A DNA stretch of 64,000 nt from Poseidonia sp. (GTDB lineage Archaea; Thermoplasmatota; Poseidoniia; Poseidoniales; Poseidoniaceae), in the NCBI GenBank assembly GCA_965661285.1, contig CBFIDD010000002.1:12611-76610 (forward strand), read 5' to 3'. Shown piece after piece: positions 54,100-62,729 of the stretch. Both the position numbers and the translations under genes were made by a program. The first letter of the stretch is position 1. The number at the start of each line of letters is the position of its first letter. A model generated the notes under the pieces. It saw nothing but the letters and a program-made list of their open reading frames with translations, was not told the DNA's origin and did not search any database.

Positions 54100-55182
54100 A
54101 TGGCAGGTCGAGAGCGTAACTACACGCCTCGAGCACGCACGACGCGTCCGATTGGTGAGCCTCGAACGTCCAACACCCCTCCGGGAATACCTCTCGACTC
54201 TCCCACAGAGAAGGATGGATTTTGGTTTATCAGTGAGCCACTTTCGCATCGCTTACACGAGAAAAGTGCACTCGGGCAGCAAACCAAAGGCGGTATTCTT
54301 CTCAGCCCCGAGGAGGTCATGTTTTGCCACTGGTATCGCCACGTACCACTCCCAGGAGGGTCGGCGTGGTTTCATGGTCAACTGATGGAAGATGACCAAA
54401 TTGCCAAACGTATCATTGCACTGGATGTTTTGCGAAACGGCGGTGAACGCGTGGTGCCCGTCGTTCATTTGCAACATCGGTTTCCGTCGCTTCCCAAGAG
54501 CACGTGGGCCATTCGCTGGGAGCGGCACGAGCGTTGGATGTCACACGAAGGGTACAGTCAGGTTCGACTGCAACGCACGCACGACCAGCTGGATTGGAAT
54601 GAACTCCGTACGTGGGTATTGGACGTTCAAGCCTCTGGCCATGTTGCTGAACTCTGTGTGATTGATGAGGAATTTGACACGACGATTTACCATCTTTCCA
54701 TGGTAGAGCCGTCTGGCTCGCATCACGTTCGGGAGGATTTGGACGAACACGCCCTTTCTCAATTGACCGATTCGTGTCGGCAAGCAACGTCCGTTGAGGG
54801 TGGATATTTTGTTTCACACGATGGTTCTTGGCCGCTACCTGCTATCGGCTTGCCCCATTTTTCCGGTCGCTATCTGCGTGGCGAAGAGTACCGGGTGCTC
54901 ATGGACAGTACAATGCCTGATGACGCTCTCTACCAGGAGTTGGTCGCCCTTGGTCTTCTGCTCCGTCCAGGTTTCAAGTACGGCTGTCGTTGGCGGGCCT
55001 ATGAAGATGGCATTGACGTGGCTCACGCCCCTTGGTTGGTTCAACCCTTGAGTGAAGCACCGCAGAACTGGGAAGAGGTCTGCTTAGCGATTCGGTTAGC
55101 TGAAGGCGTGAACAAGCAGTGGATTTGTGCCCTTGAAAATCAGGCCTCACATTCCTTCATCAACATCCGGCGTTACGGATAA
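54100..55182 (+). CDS. endA: tRNA-splicing endonuclease, two-domain (homodimer alpha-prime2) type
   Basis: The C-terminal catalytic domain GFKYGCRWRAYEDGIDVAHAPWLVQPL......W.E...AIRLAEGVNKQ carries the Y..H..K pattern of EndA. The N-terminal pseudo-repeat has LLSPEEVMF. The 361-aa length fits the duplicated form. The start is set to the ATG at 54100. Confidence 0.8.
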   Translation: MAGRERNYTPRARTTRPIGEPRTSNTPPGIPLDSPTEKDGFWFISEPLSHRLHEKSALGQQTKGGILLSPEEVMFCHWYRHVPLPGGSAWFHGQLMEDDQIAKRIIALDVLRNGGERVVPVVHLQHRFPSLPKSTWAIRWERHERWMSHEGYSQVRLQRTHDQLDWNELRTWVLDVQASGHVAELCVIDEEFDTTIYHLSMVEPSGSHHVREDLDEHALSQLTDSCRQATSVEGGYFVSHDGSWPLPAIGLPHFSGRYLRGEEYRVLMDSTMPDDALYQELVALGLLLRPGFKYGCRWRAYEDGIDVAHAPWLVQPLSEAPQNWEEVCLAIRLAEGVNKQWICALENQASHSFINIRRYG

Positions 55183-57267
55183 CGAAGATGCATCAATGGG
55201 TCGCCCCCAAGCATCTGTTTCCACCGGCTTTGCCTCCATTTGCGGAGCTGGAGAGGTCGAATGTTCCCCTGCCTTTTTTGCTGCGGAAGTCGTACGGGTG
55301 AAGACGGACATAAACGCTGACAAGCCTACGATGGTCAGCATCAATCCAACGATTCTGCCGGGTTCAGTCCAGGGTGTCAACCATGTTTCGTCCGTGCTGG
55401 TTGCTTCCAAGGCCACATCAATGGTCCAGACCATGCCCTCCTCTGTCATCAACTTCAGACTGCCATAGACCAACATGTTCTCGGTGAGCAAACCGTTTGG
55501 TTCAATGTCGAGTATGTAGGCCGAATCATCGGCCAACACGATGAACTCATCTCCGGAAGCTACTCTTGAAAGCGGCCCGTCAGTCAAAACAGACAAGCGT
55601 TGTTCACCGGATCCAACAGAGGAAATCGGAATCTCAAGACGTGTTGGGGTGGAAGGGTGAACCTGGGCCTCAAAGGATGTGGGTTCGGGTATTCGCTGCA
55701 TGATATGAATGTCATAAAGGAGGTCAACGGTACGACCATCACACGAAATGGAGCCTTTAACGGTGACGAAGGAGTTGGCCACGCCTTCTCGAGAGAACTC
55801 CAGCCGATGTCCAGATGCATCGCTCACGAGAAAGACACCCCGTCCATCCGATGAGAGAAGTGAACTTGAGCAATTGTCAACCTTTCCACGAAGCGTCACG
55901 TTCAAACTTTGGTCGAAGAGCAACGTGGCTCCATGGTCGGGCAGGTCCACGTCAAAGGATGGCGTGCATTCCGTAGCGGTGAAGGAGACGGTGAGATTTT
56001 CATCTCCCGATACCGATGCGACCCACGGAACGAGGAAACCATCGTGTGTACGGATCTCCACGCCTTGTGCGCCAAACGTGGTACCGTTGAGGAAGAGGTC
56101 ACTTTGCTCGCCTTGATTCGAACCGCGCACGAGGTCGTCTCTCATGTCCGCTTCAATGACCTTCAACCAGGGTTGATTTGGGTTCGTGTTGACTTCATTA
56201 CGTTCAAAATCACCAACGCTGAGGTCTTGATACGTCACAAGAAGCCCATGACCGGGCAGCCGACTGTCATAGCCCGAGTCGGCCCGATGTTCAATGAACA
56301 CCGATTCTTCGTCAGTGAGGGGAATTTTCAGGATGGTTCCGCCTTGTGTAACGCCATCGAGTTGAATCGATGGACCGATACAAGGAGCGCTTGCCGTAGC
56401 TGGCCATACCAATTCCAGGGTTTCAATCCGTTCGGCCCGCACCAGTTCTGTATTGGCGCCTGTAGGCATGGCAGGCCAGCGTCCGCCGCCGTTCCAATTT
56501 CCGCTGGCCATGATGTCCCAATCCCCGGGACCCTTCCATGGTTGCGAACTGACCTCGTCGTGAACTGGATAAAGGTCAACGGCACCCATCTGATGCAGCA
56601 TTTCGTGGATCATGGTTCCGACGCCGCTGGAACCGGTTTGCAAACTCGCCATCGTATAGTGTTCAATCACCAGTCCATCCGGTAAATCGAGCGGACGTTC
56701 AAACTGTGTGAAATGGCTCCATATACGATTCACAATGCCGGGATTCTCCTCCTGTCCTTTCGTACTGTGGAGAACGAGGAAACGGTCAACATGTTGGTCA
56801 TTGTTGAGGTCAAACATGCTCCAGTTTACTTCACTTCGCACTGCAGCAACGGCCTCCTCTGCGAGCTGTGCTGGTAGAAAACGACCGTCTGCATCCGTGT
56901 CTTTTCCAGCGGCATCTCGCCCGTAATCCTCCATGGCGCTACTGGCCCTTACCACCGTTGGATGAACGGTGACCTGGAGCGACGAAGTGTTTCCTGACAG
57001 TTGCTCAACATAGGGAACAATCGCTTGGTTCAGCAGGTTCTCGGCTTCATCGACCCCCCACCCGTTTCCGGCAGGAGCAGATTCGAAGTCAACCACAACG
57101 ATGAGCCACTGCTCGTTGTCTTGAAGCGGCACGAGGGAGATGCTGTCCTCTTGTTCGGTGACAAGTTGCCCCCTCAACCAAGATTCTACGGTCGCTTCGT
57201 TCATGAATGTCCAGGCTGCGGAGGCCAAGAAGACCAGTGCGATGAGCCCCGCAACCGTCCGCCTCAT
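55147..57267 (-). CDS. M6 (InhA-like) zinc metalloprotease with RR leader, Ig-like C-terminal domains and C-terminal TM anchor
   Basis: HExxH motif in MIHEMLHQMGAVDLY (M6 pattern HExxHxxGxxDxY). The leader is MRRTVAGLIALVFLASAAW. The C-terminal TM is IVGLMLTIVGLSAFMSVF. The start is trimmed to 57267. Confidence 0.8.
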   Translation of the reverse strand: MRRTVAGLIALVFLASAAWTFMNEATVESWLRGQLVTEQEDSISLVPLQDNEQWLIVVVDFESAPAGNGWGVDEAENLLNQAIVPYVEQLSGNTSSLQVTVHPTVVRASSAMEDYGRDAAGKDTDADGRFLPAQLAEEAVAAVRSEVNWSMFDLNNDQHVDRFLVLHSTKGQEENPGIVNRIWSHFTQFERPLDLPDGLVIEHYTMASLQTGSSGVGTMIHEMLHQMGAVDLYPVHDEVSSQPWKGPGDWDIMASGNWNGGGRWPAMPTGANTELVRAERIETLELVWPATASAPCIGPSIQLDGVTQGGTILKIPLTDEESVFIEHRADSGYDSRLPGHGLLVTYQDLSVGDFERNEVNTNPNQPWLKVIEADMRDDLVRGSNQGEQSDLFLNGTTFGAQGVEIRTHDGFLVPWVASVSGDENLTVSFTATECTPSFDVDLPDHGATLLFDQSLNVTLRGKVDNCSSSLLSSDGRGVFLVSDASGHRLEFSREGVANSFVTVKGSISCDGRTVDLLYDIHIMQRIPEPTSFEAQVHPSTPTRLEIPISSVGSGEQRLSVLTDGPLSRVASGDEFIVLADDSAYILDIEPNGLLTENMLVYGSLKLMTEEGMVWTIDVALEATSTDETWLTPWTEPGRIVGLMLTIVGLSAFMSVFTRTTSAAKKAGEHSTSPAPQMEAKPVETDAWGRPIDASSLSVTPDVDEGM

Positions 57268-57331
57268 ACCGTGTTCTCGTTGTTTCACCGTTTGAACCTT
57301 GGCCGCTTGTGTTGGGCAACACGGATGTTGT

Positions 57332-58606
57332 TCACAGGGCCGTCGTTTGTACGGGGGGGAGCACGAGCCCTTCCGTAGAATGATTGGTACTCCATGTCGG
57401 TGGTGTCTCATGCTTGACCACAGGGAGTGTTCGGTGCAGCCACGCCTTCTTCTCGATCAGATTCCTTAACATGTTCTCGTGTAGATGTTGCGGAAAAAGG
57501 GTTGGGAGGGTGAGAAAAGCCGCATGGACATCAAGGTCAGGATGAGGGGAATCGACCCGTATATTTTGGAGGCTCATGAGGTTCAATCCGTGGACGGTAA
57601 TGTTGAGGTTCTTCATGTTCCCAAGAAATTGCGATGGGCAGGCCTTGGTGTCGCACCCGGTGATGACGACGTCCGTGATGGCAGACTGCAGTGCATGTTC
57701 AATGAGTCTTGTCCGACTTTCACCATCCGTGCACAAACTCCTCACATCGACGGTTGAACATCCCGGCACGAGGGCGTGTCCATGATGTGTATTGGCGCCT
57801 TCACAAGAGCAATCGACCATCGCAACTTTTCTGCGGCGTCCTTCGCCGTCCAGACGAACCGATGGCGAGCCGAAAACAGCGACCTCTCGCAGGTACCAGC
57901 GCTGTCCGATGAGTTCACTCGTGGTCCAATACGTGGCCAAAAGTGGCAACAGCAGGGAGGCTGCATGTTCGGGAATGCTCAAGACAAGAAGGAGGCTTCC
58001 AAGGCCATAAATCCTTAACCGCCAGTAATCGGCGGTGTCGGCATTGAGGATGTTGAAAAAACCGAGCAACGCGATGGCGTTCCATGTGGCAATGAAGACA
58101 AAAAAACCCCAAATGCAGAAGGCTGCCACCAACAACATGTCTACAGCGCTGTACTGGGCGGACAATCCTGCCGCTCGATGTTGCTGGAACCCGAATTCAT
58201 ACAGCATCGGTAGCCCATCGGCGATGAGCAAGAAGGTCCCACCGCCAAGCACAAAGGTCGTGATGGTGAGCCACCTTTTGAATGCGGTATACTCTGATGG
58301 CAGCATGCCGGGCTTTGAAAATTTCAGGAGTTGAACAAGCACCAACGGAAGTGCCGAAAACACGCCGAGGATCACGCACGTAAGCCATCGAACAGCACTC
58401 CACTGAGCAGGGTCGTAGACATTCAAGCAATCACCAACACAAGGTTGGAGCGTTGTGAGAAGAGTGTTCAGTACTTCATCAACGTACATTGACCAGACCA
58501 GTGTGAAGACGGCGACCGTAGCAAAGATGAGGGTCGTGCGCCACGTGAGTTCGTCAAGATGCGACTGGAGCGTTCGTGTGCTGTCGTGCTCAAGCAGAAC
58601 CGACAT
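57332..58606 (-). CDS. tatC: Sec-independent translocase TatC fused to a ~180-aa Cys/His-rich C-terminal domain
   Basis: The N-terminal LQSHLDELTWRTTLIFATVAV resembles the TatC signature HL.ELR.R. It is followed by six TM helices (~245 aa). A soluble extension follows, containing VDCSCEGANTHHGH and ITGCDTKACP. Confidence 0.7.
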   Translation of the reverse strand: MSVLLEHDSTRTLQSHLDELTWRTTLIFATVAVFTLVWSMYVDEVLNTLLTTLQPCVGDCLNVYDPAQWSAVRWLTCVILGVFSALPLVLVQLLKFSKPGMLPSEYTAFKRWLTITTFVLGGGTFLLIADGLPMLYEFGFQQHRAAGLSAQYSAVDMLLVAAFCIWGFFVFIATWNAIALLGFFNILNADTADYWRLRIYGLGSLLLVLSIPEHAASLLLPLLATYWTTSELIGQRWYLREVAVFGSPSVRLDGEGRRRKVAMVDCSCEGANTHHGHALVPGCSTVDVRSLCTDGESRTRLIEHALQSAITDVVITGCDTKACPSQFLGNMKNLNITVHGLNLMSLQNIRVDSPHPDLDVHAAFLTLPTLFPQHLHENMLRNLIEKKAWLHRTLPVVKHETPPTWSTNHSTEGLVLPPVQTTAL

Positions 58607-58616
58607 GCCGCTTCAC

Positions 58617-59573
58617 TCACACGAGGTCAGTGTATTGCTTTGGAGCACGTGCTTGGACGATGGTTCGGTAAACGCCGTATATTGCCCAGAGCGTGAGCAT
58701 ACCGGTGACCAAGGCGTATCCCCATGGTTGGCCGCTGTCAACCATGTAGGCAAAGAGAACCGCCAAACCTGCGGCGAGGACACCACGGCGTAGGCCTTGA
58801 GGAACGGCGAGGCTCTTGTCGAGGTGGGTGGGGCCACCACCAAACCGTCGTTCGTAGAATTCTCCCTGGATGACGGCTGCGACGATGATGAGCGACAACG
58901 TTGTCCAGTAGTAGAGGTTCCCGTTGGTGAAGAAATCGTCTGCAATTCCTTCTTGACGCTCGGCTTCAATCGCTTCGGGGTCTTCTTCTGCTACGAAGAG
59001 GGACTCATAATCGCCAACGCTGATGGTTCGCAGTGATACATCCTCATCCGTAGCGATTTCTGTTGCGCCGGGTGCGCTCACGGTGAAGGTGAGGATGTTC
59101 CATTTGTCGCCCTCGTCGAAATTGCCGTTGCCGTTCACGGCGTTGCCAACGAGTTGGAAGTTTGCCGGTCCAGCATCCTCATCGGGGGCCGTCCACTGAA
59201 CGACCCAGTCGTTGCCGGGTTCCGATTGTGAAAGCGCTCCTGGCTTGTCGGGAACGGTCTGACTCCCTTCACCGGCAATGAGCGTGCCGATGTCCCCGTC
59301 CCAGAACAGGAATCCACCGCCGTCGTTTGATGCGTGTTGCAGACTGATCACGAATTCATATGTCTCGCTAAGGTTGTAAGCACGAGGAACGCCGGATACC
59401 GAAACCACAACTTCGGTTGATGGCGCACCACCGCCGTGGCAGGTACATCCTGTTTCGATGACCAGGTTTCCACCGTTGTCCCAAGGTGGACCGTTGGGGT
59501 TCCCAAGGACGGGAGCGACCAGCATCAAAGAGAGAACAACCATCAACGAAAAGTTACGGAAGTTGCGTCGCAT
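58617..59573 (-). CDS. secreted reeler-like domain protein with twin-arginine leader and three C-terminal TM helices
   Basis: Leader MRRNFRNFSLMVVLSLMLVAPVLG (RRxF). The domain pattern GCTCHGGG...Y.F.I.L......GGFLF.......G..........W.V.WTAP.....A.F.L.G.AV resembles reeler/DOMON-type beta-sandwiches. The start may be the upstream ATG at 59624. Confidence 0.5.
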   Translation of the reverse strand: MRRNFRNFSLMVVLSLMLVAPVLGNPNGPPWDNGGNLVIETGCTCHGGGAPSTEVVVSVSGVPRAYNLSETYEFVISLQHASNDGGGFLFWDGDIGTLIAGEGSQTVPDKPGALSQSEPGNDWVVQWTAPDEDAGPANFQLVGNAVNGNGNFDEGDKWNILTFTVSAPGATEIATDEDVSLRTISVGDYESLFVAEEDPEAIEAERQEGIADDFFTNGNLYYWTTLSLIIVAAVIQGEFYERRFGGGPTHLDKSLAVPQGLRRGVLAAGLAVLFAYMVDSGQPWGYALVTGMLTLWAIYGVYRTIVQARAPKQYTDLV

Positions 59574-59645
59574 GAACTCACCTGTCTTTTTCCACCAGCC
59601 CCCGCTCTTTGAATGTTGCTTCAAATTGCGGAATCAAGGCCTGGT

Positions 59646-61064
59646 TCAAATTTCCTTGATGGCGTTGTTCAAGCCGGTCATCATGGCCTTACCGTCTCCG
59701 AACAGCATCATGGTCTTGTCCTCGTAGAAGAGGTCGTTGTCCACTCCAGCGTACCCTACGGAGAGGGAGCGCTTGATGATGACGACCGTTCGGGCTTGGT
59801 CGGCGTCAATGATGGGCATGCCGGCAAGCGGCCCCTCACCAGAACGAGCGGCAGGATTGCAGGTGTCGTTTGCACCGATGACGACGGCGACATCGCACTC
59901 TGGGAATTCTGGATTGATTTCGTCCATCTCGATGAGTTGCTCATAAGGCACATTGGCTTCAGCGAGAAGCACGTTCATGTGTCCGGGCATCCGTCCTGCG
60001 ACCGGGTGGATGGCATACTTGACTTCCGTGCCGAATTTTTCTTCGAGCAGGTCTCCAAATTCCTTGACTTGGTGTTGACACTGGGAGACGGCCATGCCGT
60101 ATCCAGGGACGATGATGACCTTTTGAGCCCCATCCACCATCATGGCGACCTCGTCTGGATCCGACCCGACCTTGGTGCGTGTGACGGTTTCCTTGGTGGA
60201 GCCACCGAAGGACTTGAACAACACATCGGGGAGGGTTCGGTTCATCGCTTTGCACATGATGAAGGTAAGGATGAGACCCGAGGCACCAACAAGCGAACCG
60301 GCCACAATAAGGACAGGATTGCTGATGATGAAGCCGGTGAATGCAGCTGCGATCCCTGAAAGCGAATTGAGCAAGGAAACAACCACAGGCATGTCTGCAC
60401 CTCCGATTGGCAGGACCAGCACAATACCCAGCAAGCAGGATATGCCAATGATGGCCCACAAGTAGCCGGTGTTGGTGGGCTCGTTGATCGACACCACGAT
60501 GAGCCCTAGAACGCTGATGGTCAACAGCACCTTCACGGGGTTGAGCCACGTAGGGCCCCATGTGGGCGTGCTGAACCACTTTCCGAAAATCTCCACACCG
60601 CCCTTCAGTTTGAACATGGCGAGAATGGACCCGGTGAGCGTCATCCAGCCGACCAGTGCAGAAAGACCGGCGGCGAGCATGATCACCTGCAAGGTCAGTC
60701 CCGTAGGCACCGTAGCGGAGCCTTCGATGTACTTCCATGTCTCCGAAAGGGCCACAAGGGCTGATGCTGCTCCGCCAAATCCGTTGAAGAGTGCGACAAG
60801 TTCCGGCATTCCCGTCATTTCGACCTTTACAGCCATGATGATGCCGATGATGGAACCAACGATGAGGCCCGCCACGATCAACTCAAGGTTGAGTCCCCCT
60901 GAGGAGAGCTGCATGTCAACCACGGTTGTGATGACGGCAACCAGCATACCCATGGCACCGTATTGGTTTCCACGAGGAGCGGTCCTTGGATGTCCGAGTT
61001 TCTTCAACCCGAAAATAAAGAGAGCGGCCGAGAGCAAATATCCGAGCGGAATCCACGCTTCCAT
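59646..61064 (-). CDS. pntB: NAD(P) transhydrogenase subunit beta
   Basis: YLLSAALFIFGLKKLGHPRTAPRGN, PGYGMAVSQCQH, IHPVAGRMPGHMNVLLAEA and GANDTCNP are present. The start at 61064 is preceded by AGGAGGG; the longer ORF to 61091 would overlap pntAB. Confidence 0.93.
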   Translation of the reverse strand: MEAWIPLGYLLSAALFIFGLKKLGHPRTAPRGNQYGAMGMLVAVITTVVDMQLSSGGLNLELIVAGLIVGSIIGIIMAVKVEMTGMPELVALFNGFGGAASALVALSETWKYIEGSATVPTGLTLQVIMLAAGLSALVGWMTLTGSILAMFKLKGGVEIFGKWFSTPTWGPTWLNPVKVLLTISVLGLIVVSINEPTNTGYLWAIIGISCLLGIVLVLPIGGADMPVVVSLLNSLSGIAAAFTGFIISNPVLIVAGSLVGASGLILTFIMCKAMNRTLPDVLFKSFGGSTKETVTRTKVGSDPDEVAMMVDGAQKVIIVPGYGMAVSQCQHQVKEFGDLLEEKFGTEVKYAIHPVAGRMPGHMNVLLAEANVPYEQLIEMDEINPEFPECDVAVVIGANDTCNPAARSGEGPLAGMPIIDADQARTVVIIKRSLSVGYAGVDNDLFYEDKTMMLFGDGKAMMTGLNNAIKEI

Positions 61065-61065
61065 C

Positions 61066-61377
61066 TCAAGCCCTCCTGTTCTTGCCTGCAATCATGTTGA
61101 GCATGCGATTGGTGACGGCAAAACCACCAACGACGTTGATCATGGCCAACACCAGAGCGACGAACGCCAACAATCCTGAAACCAGTGTTTCACCACCAGC
61201 GTAGGCAACATTTGCACCAAGGAGGGCACCTACGACACTGATGCCTGAAATCGCATTTGCACCGCTCATCAGCGGCGTGTGCAGTGTTGCTGGGACCTTG
61301 GTAATGAGTTCAAACCCGAGGAAAATAGCCAACATAAAGAGCGTCAAGTTTGCAATAAGTGATGTTTCCGTAATCAT
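61066..61377 (-). CDS. pntAB: NAD(P) transhydrogenase subunit alpha part 2 (membrane domain)
   Basis: A ~100-aa protein with 3 TMs and the motif TPLMSGANAISGISVVGAL. Its ATG overlaps the pntAA stop (ATGA). Confidence 0.85.
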   Translation of the reverse strand: MITETSLIANLTLFMLAIFLGFELITKVPATLHTPLMSGANAISGISVVGALLGANVAYAGGETLVSGLLAFVALVLAMINVVGGFAVTNRMLNMIAGKNRRA

Positions 61378-62543
61378 TCGACCACCCCTGCGAGTCGGGT
61401 TTGTTTTGGATGAATGGCGCCGTCTTTGCATATGAGCACGCCGCCCATGCCGTTGACGTAGAAATCAGAGCCTTCGGGGGCACCGACCAGGATATCGTCA
61501 TCGTCGGAGATGATGACCGCCTTGGTCTCTTTGTCCACCAGCGAGGTGAAGAACGTCGTCAGGTTGTTGGAGTACAGCATCGAAGCCGTGTTGGCAAGTG
61601 TGCCTGGAAGGTTGGATGTTCCCACGATGATCACGCCGTTTTCGGTCGTGGTGATTTCTCCTTGAACCGTATCTTCACAGTTTCCTCCGACGTCAGCGTT
61701 CATGTCAACAACAACGGCTCCGGATTTGAAATTGGCTACCGCAGACGAAGGCACCGTGATGGGTGCGGGTCGTCCGAAAATACGGGCGGTGGTCACGATG
61801 ATGTCGGCATCGGCGGCCACACCGCACACCGTATCGTTTACTTTTTGGATAAATTCAGGCGTGAGCGGTTTGGCATATCCCGATTCGTCTTCGAAATCGT
61901 CCATGCCGTCCACCTCGATGAAGCGACCGCCAACGGATTCGATTTGTTCTGCAGCTGATTTTCGCACGTCAGAAGCGAATACGATGGCTCCGAGGCGTTT
62001 GGCCGTCGCAATCGCTTGCAGACCCGCAACACCGCTGCCCATGATCACAACTTTTGCTGGACGAATTGTACCGGCAGATGTCGTCATCATCGGTATGCCT
62101 TTGGGTACATGAGCCGCACCGAGCAGGACGGCTTTGTAGCCTGCAAGGTTGTCTTGGCTGGAGTTGACGTCCATCGACTGTGCGCGTGAGAGTCGGCGGG
62201 GAATCATGTCCATTGAAAGCAAGGTGATGTTCGCATCCATGCAGGCTTTCACGTAATCGGGATGTCGAAACGGGTCAGAGACACAAGCCAAGTTGGTGCC
62301 TTCCGCAATGCCCTCAACCCCCGGGAATCGAATGCAAACAATGTTCTCACATGCAAGCGCTTCTTCTCTGGATACGATGGTTGCGCCGGCTTCCTCATAC
62401 GCTGCGTCGTGATAATTCGCGGCGAGGCCTGCACCGGCTTCGATGTGGACTTCAAATCCAGCTTTTGCGAGTTTCTTCATGCTGGACGGCACGATGCCAA
62501 CCCTCGTCTCACCTTCTGGCTCTTTTGGGACACCTAATTTCAT
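61374..62543 (-). CDS. pntAA: NAD(P) transhydrogenase subunit alpha part 1 (AlaDH-like dI domain)
   Basis: MKLGVPKEPEGETRVGIVP and Rossmann motif VVIMGSGVAGLQAIATAKRLGA, with overall AlaDH/PNT architecture. Confidence 0.9.
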   Translation of the reverse strand: MKLGVPKEPEGETRVGIVPSSMKKLAKAGFEVHIEAGAGLAANYHDAAYEEAGATIVSREEALACENIVCIRFPGVEGIAEGTNLACVSDPFRHPDYVKACMDANITLLSMDMIPRRLSRAQSMDVNSSQDNLAGYKAVLLGAAHVPKGIPMMTTSAGTIRPAKVVIMGSGVAGLQAIATAKRLGAIVFASDVRKSAAEQIESVGGRFIEVDGMDDFEDESGYAKPLTPEFIQKVNDTVCGVAADADIIVTTARIFGRPAPITVPSSAVANFKSGAVVVDMNADVGGNCEDTVQGEITTTENGVIIVGTSNLPGTLANTASMLYSNNLTTFFTSLVDKETKAVIISDDDDILVGAPEGSDFYVNGMGGVLICKDGAIHPKQTRLAGVVE

Positions 62544-62729
62544 GCGTTCACCTGCCGAATGCACCACCGAAAGGGTAGGTGCAATTTGCCCACTTGAAGG
62601 AGGTTTTTAGACTCCACGCCCCGAACCATTGCGGGCTTCTGTCCGGTTTTTGACCGCAATGAGTAGAAAGGACCTCACCATCGGACTTATGGACTGGCCG
62701 CATCAGGTTCAGAATGAAAGGTGAACACC

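Noticed and set aside
53791-54249. Mutually overlapping 5' extensions of the endA ORF (from 53791) and the wHTH/TerB-repeat ORF (to 54249).
   Set aside because: Both extensions are Arg-rich non-protein-like sequence. Internal ATGs at 54100 and 54045 give a clean 54-bp divergent spacer and start just before the conserved domains.
57268-57411. N-terminal extension of the M6 protease ORF (MRHHRHGVPIILRKG...) reaching into tatC.
   Set aside because: The internal ATG at 57267 yields a proper RR/hydrophobic leader and removes the overlap with tatC. The extension shows no protein-like features.
59613-61179. Long plus-strand ORFs (59613-60359, 248 aa; 60469-61179, 236 aa) opposite pntB.
   Set aside because: These are antisense shadow ORFs in a GC-rich gene. 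Their translations are low-complexity with no motifs, while the minus strand encodes an unmistakable PntB.
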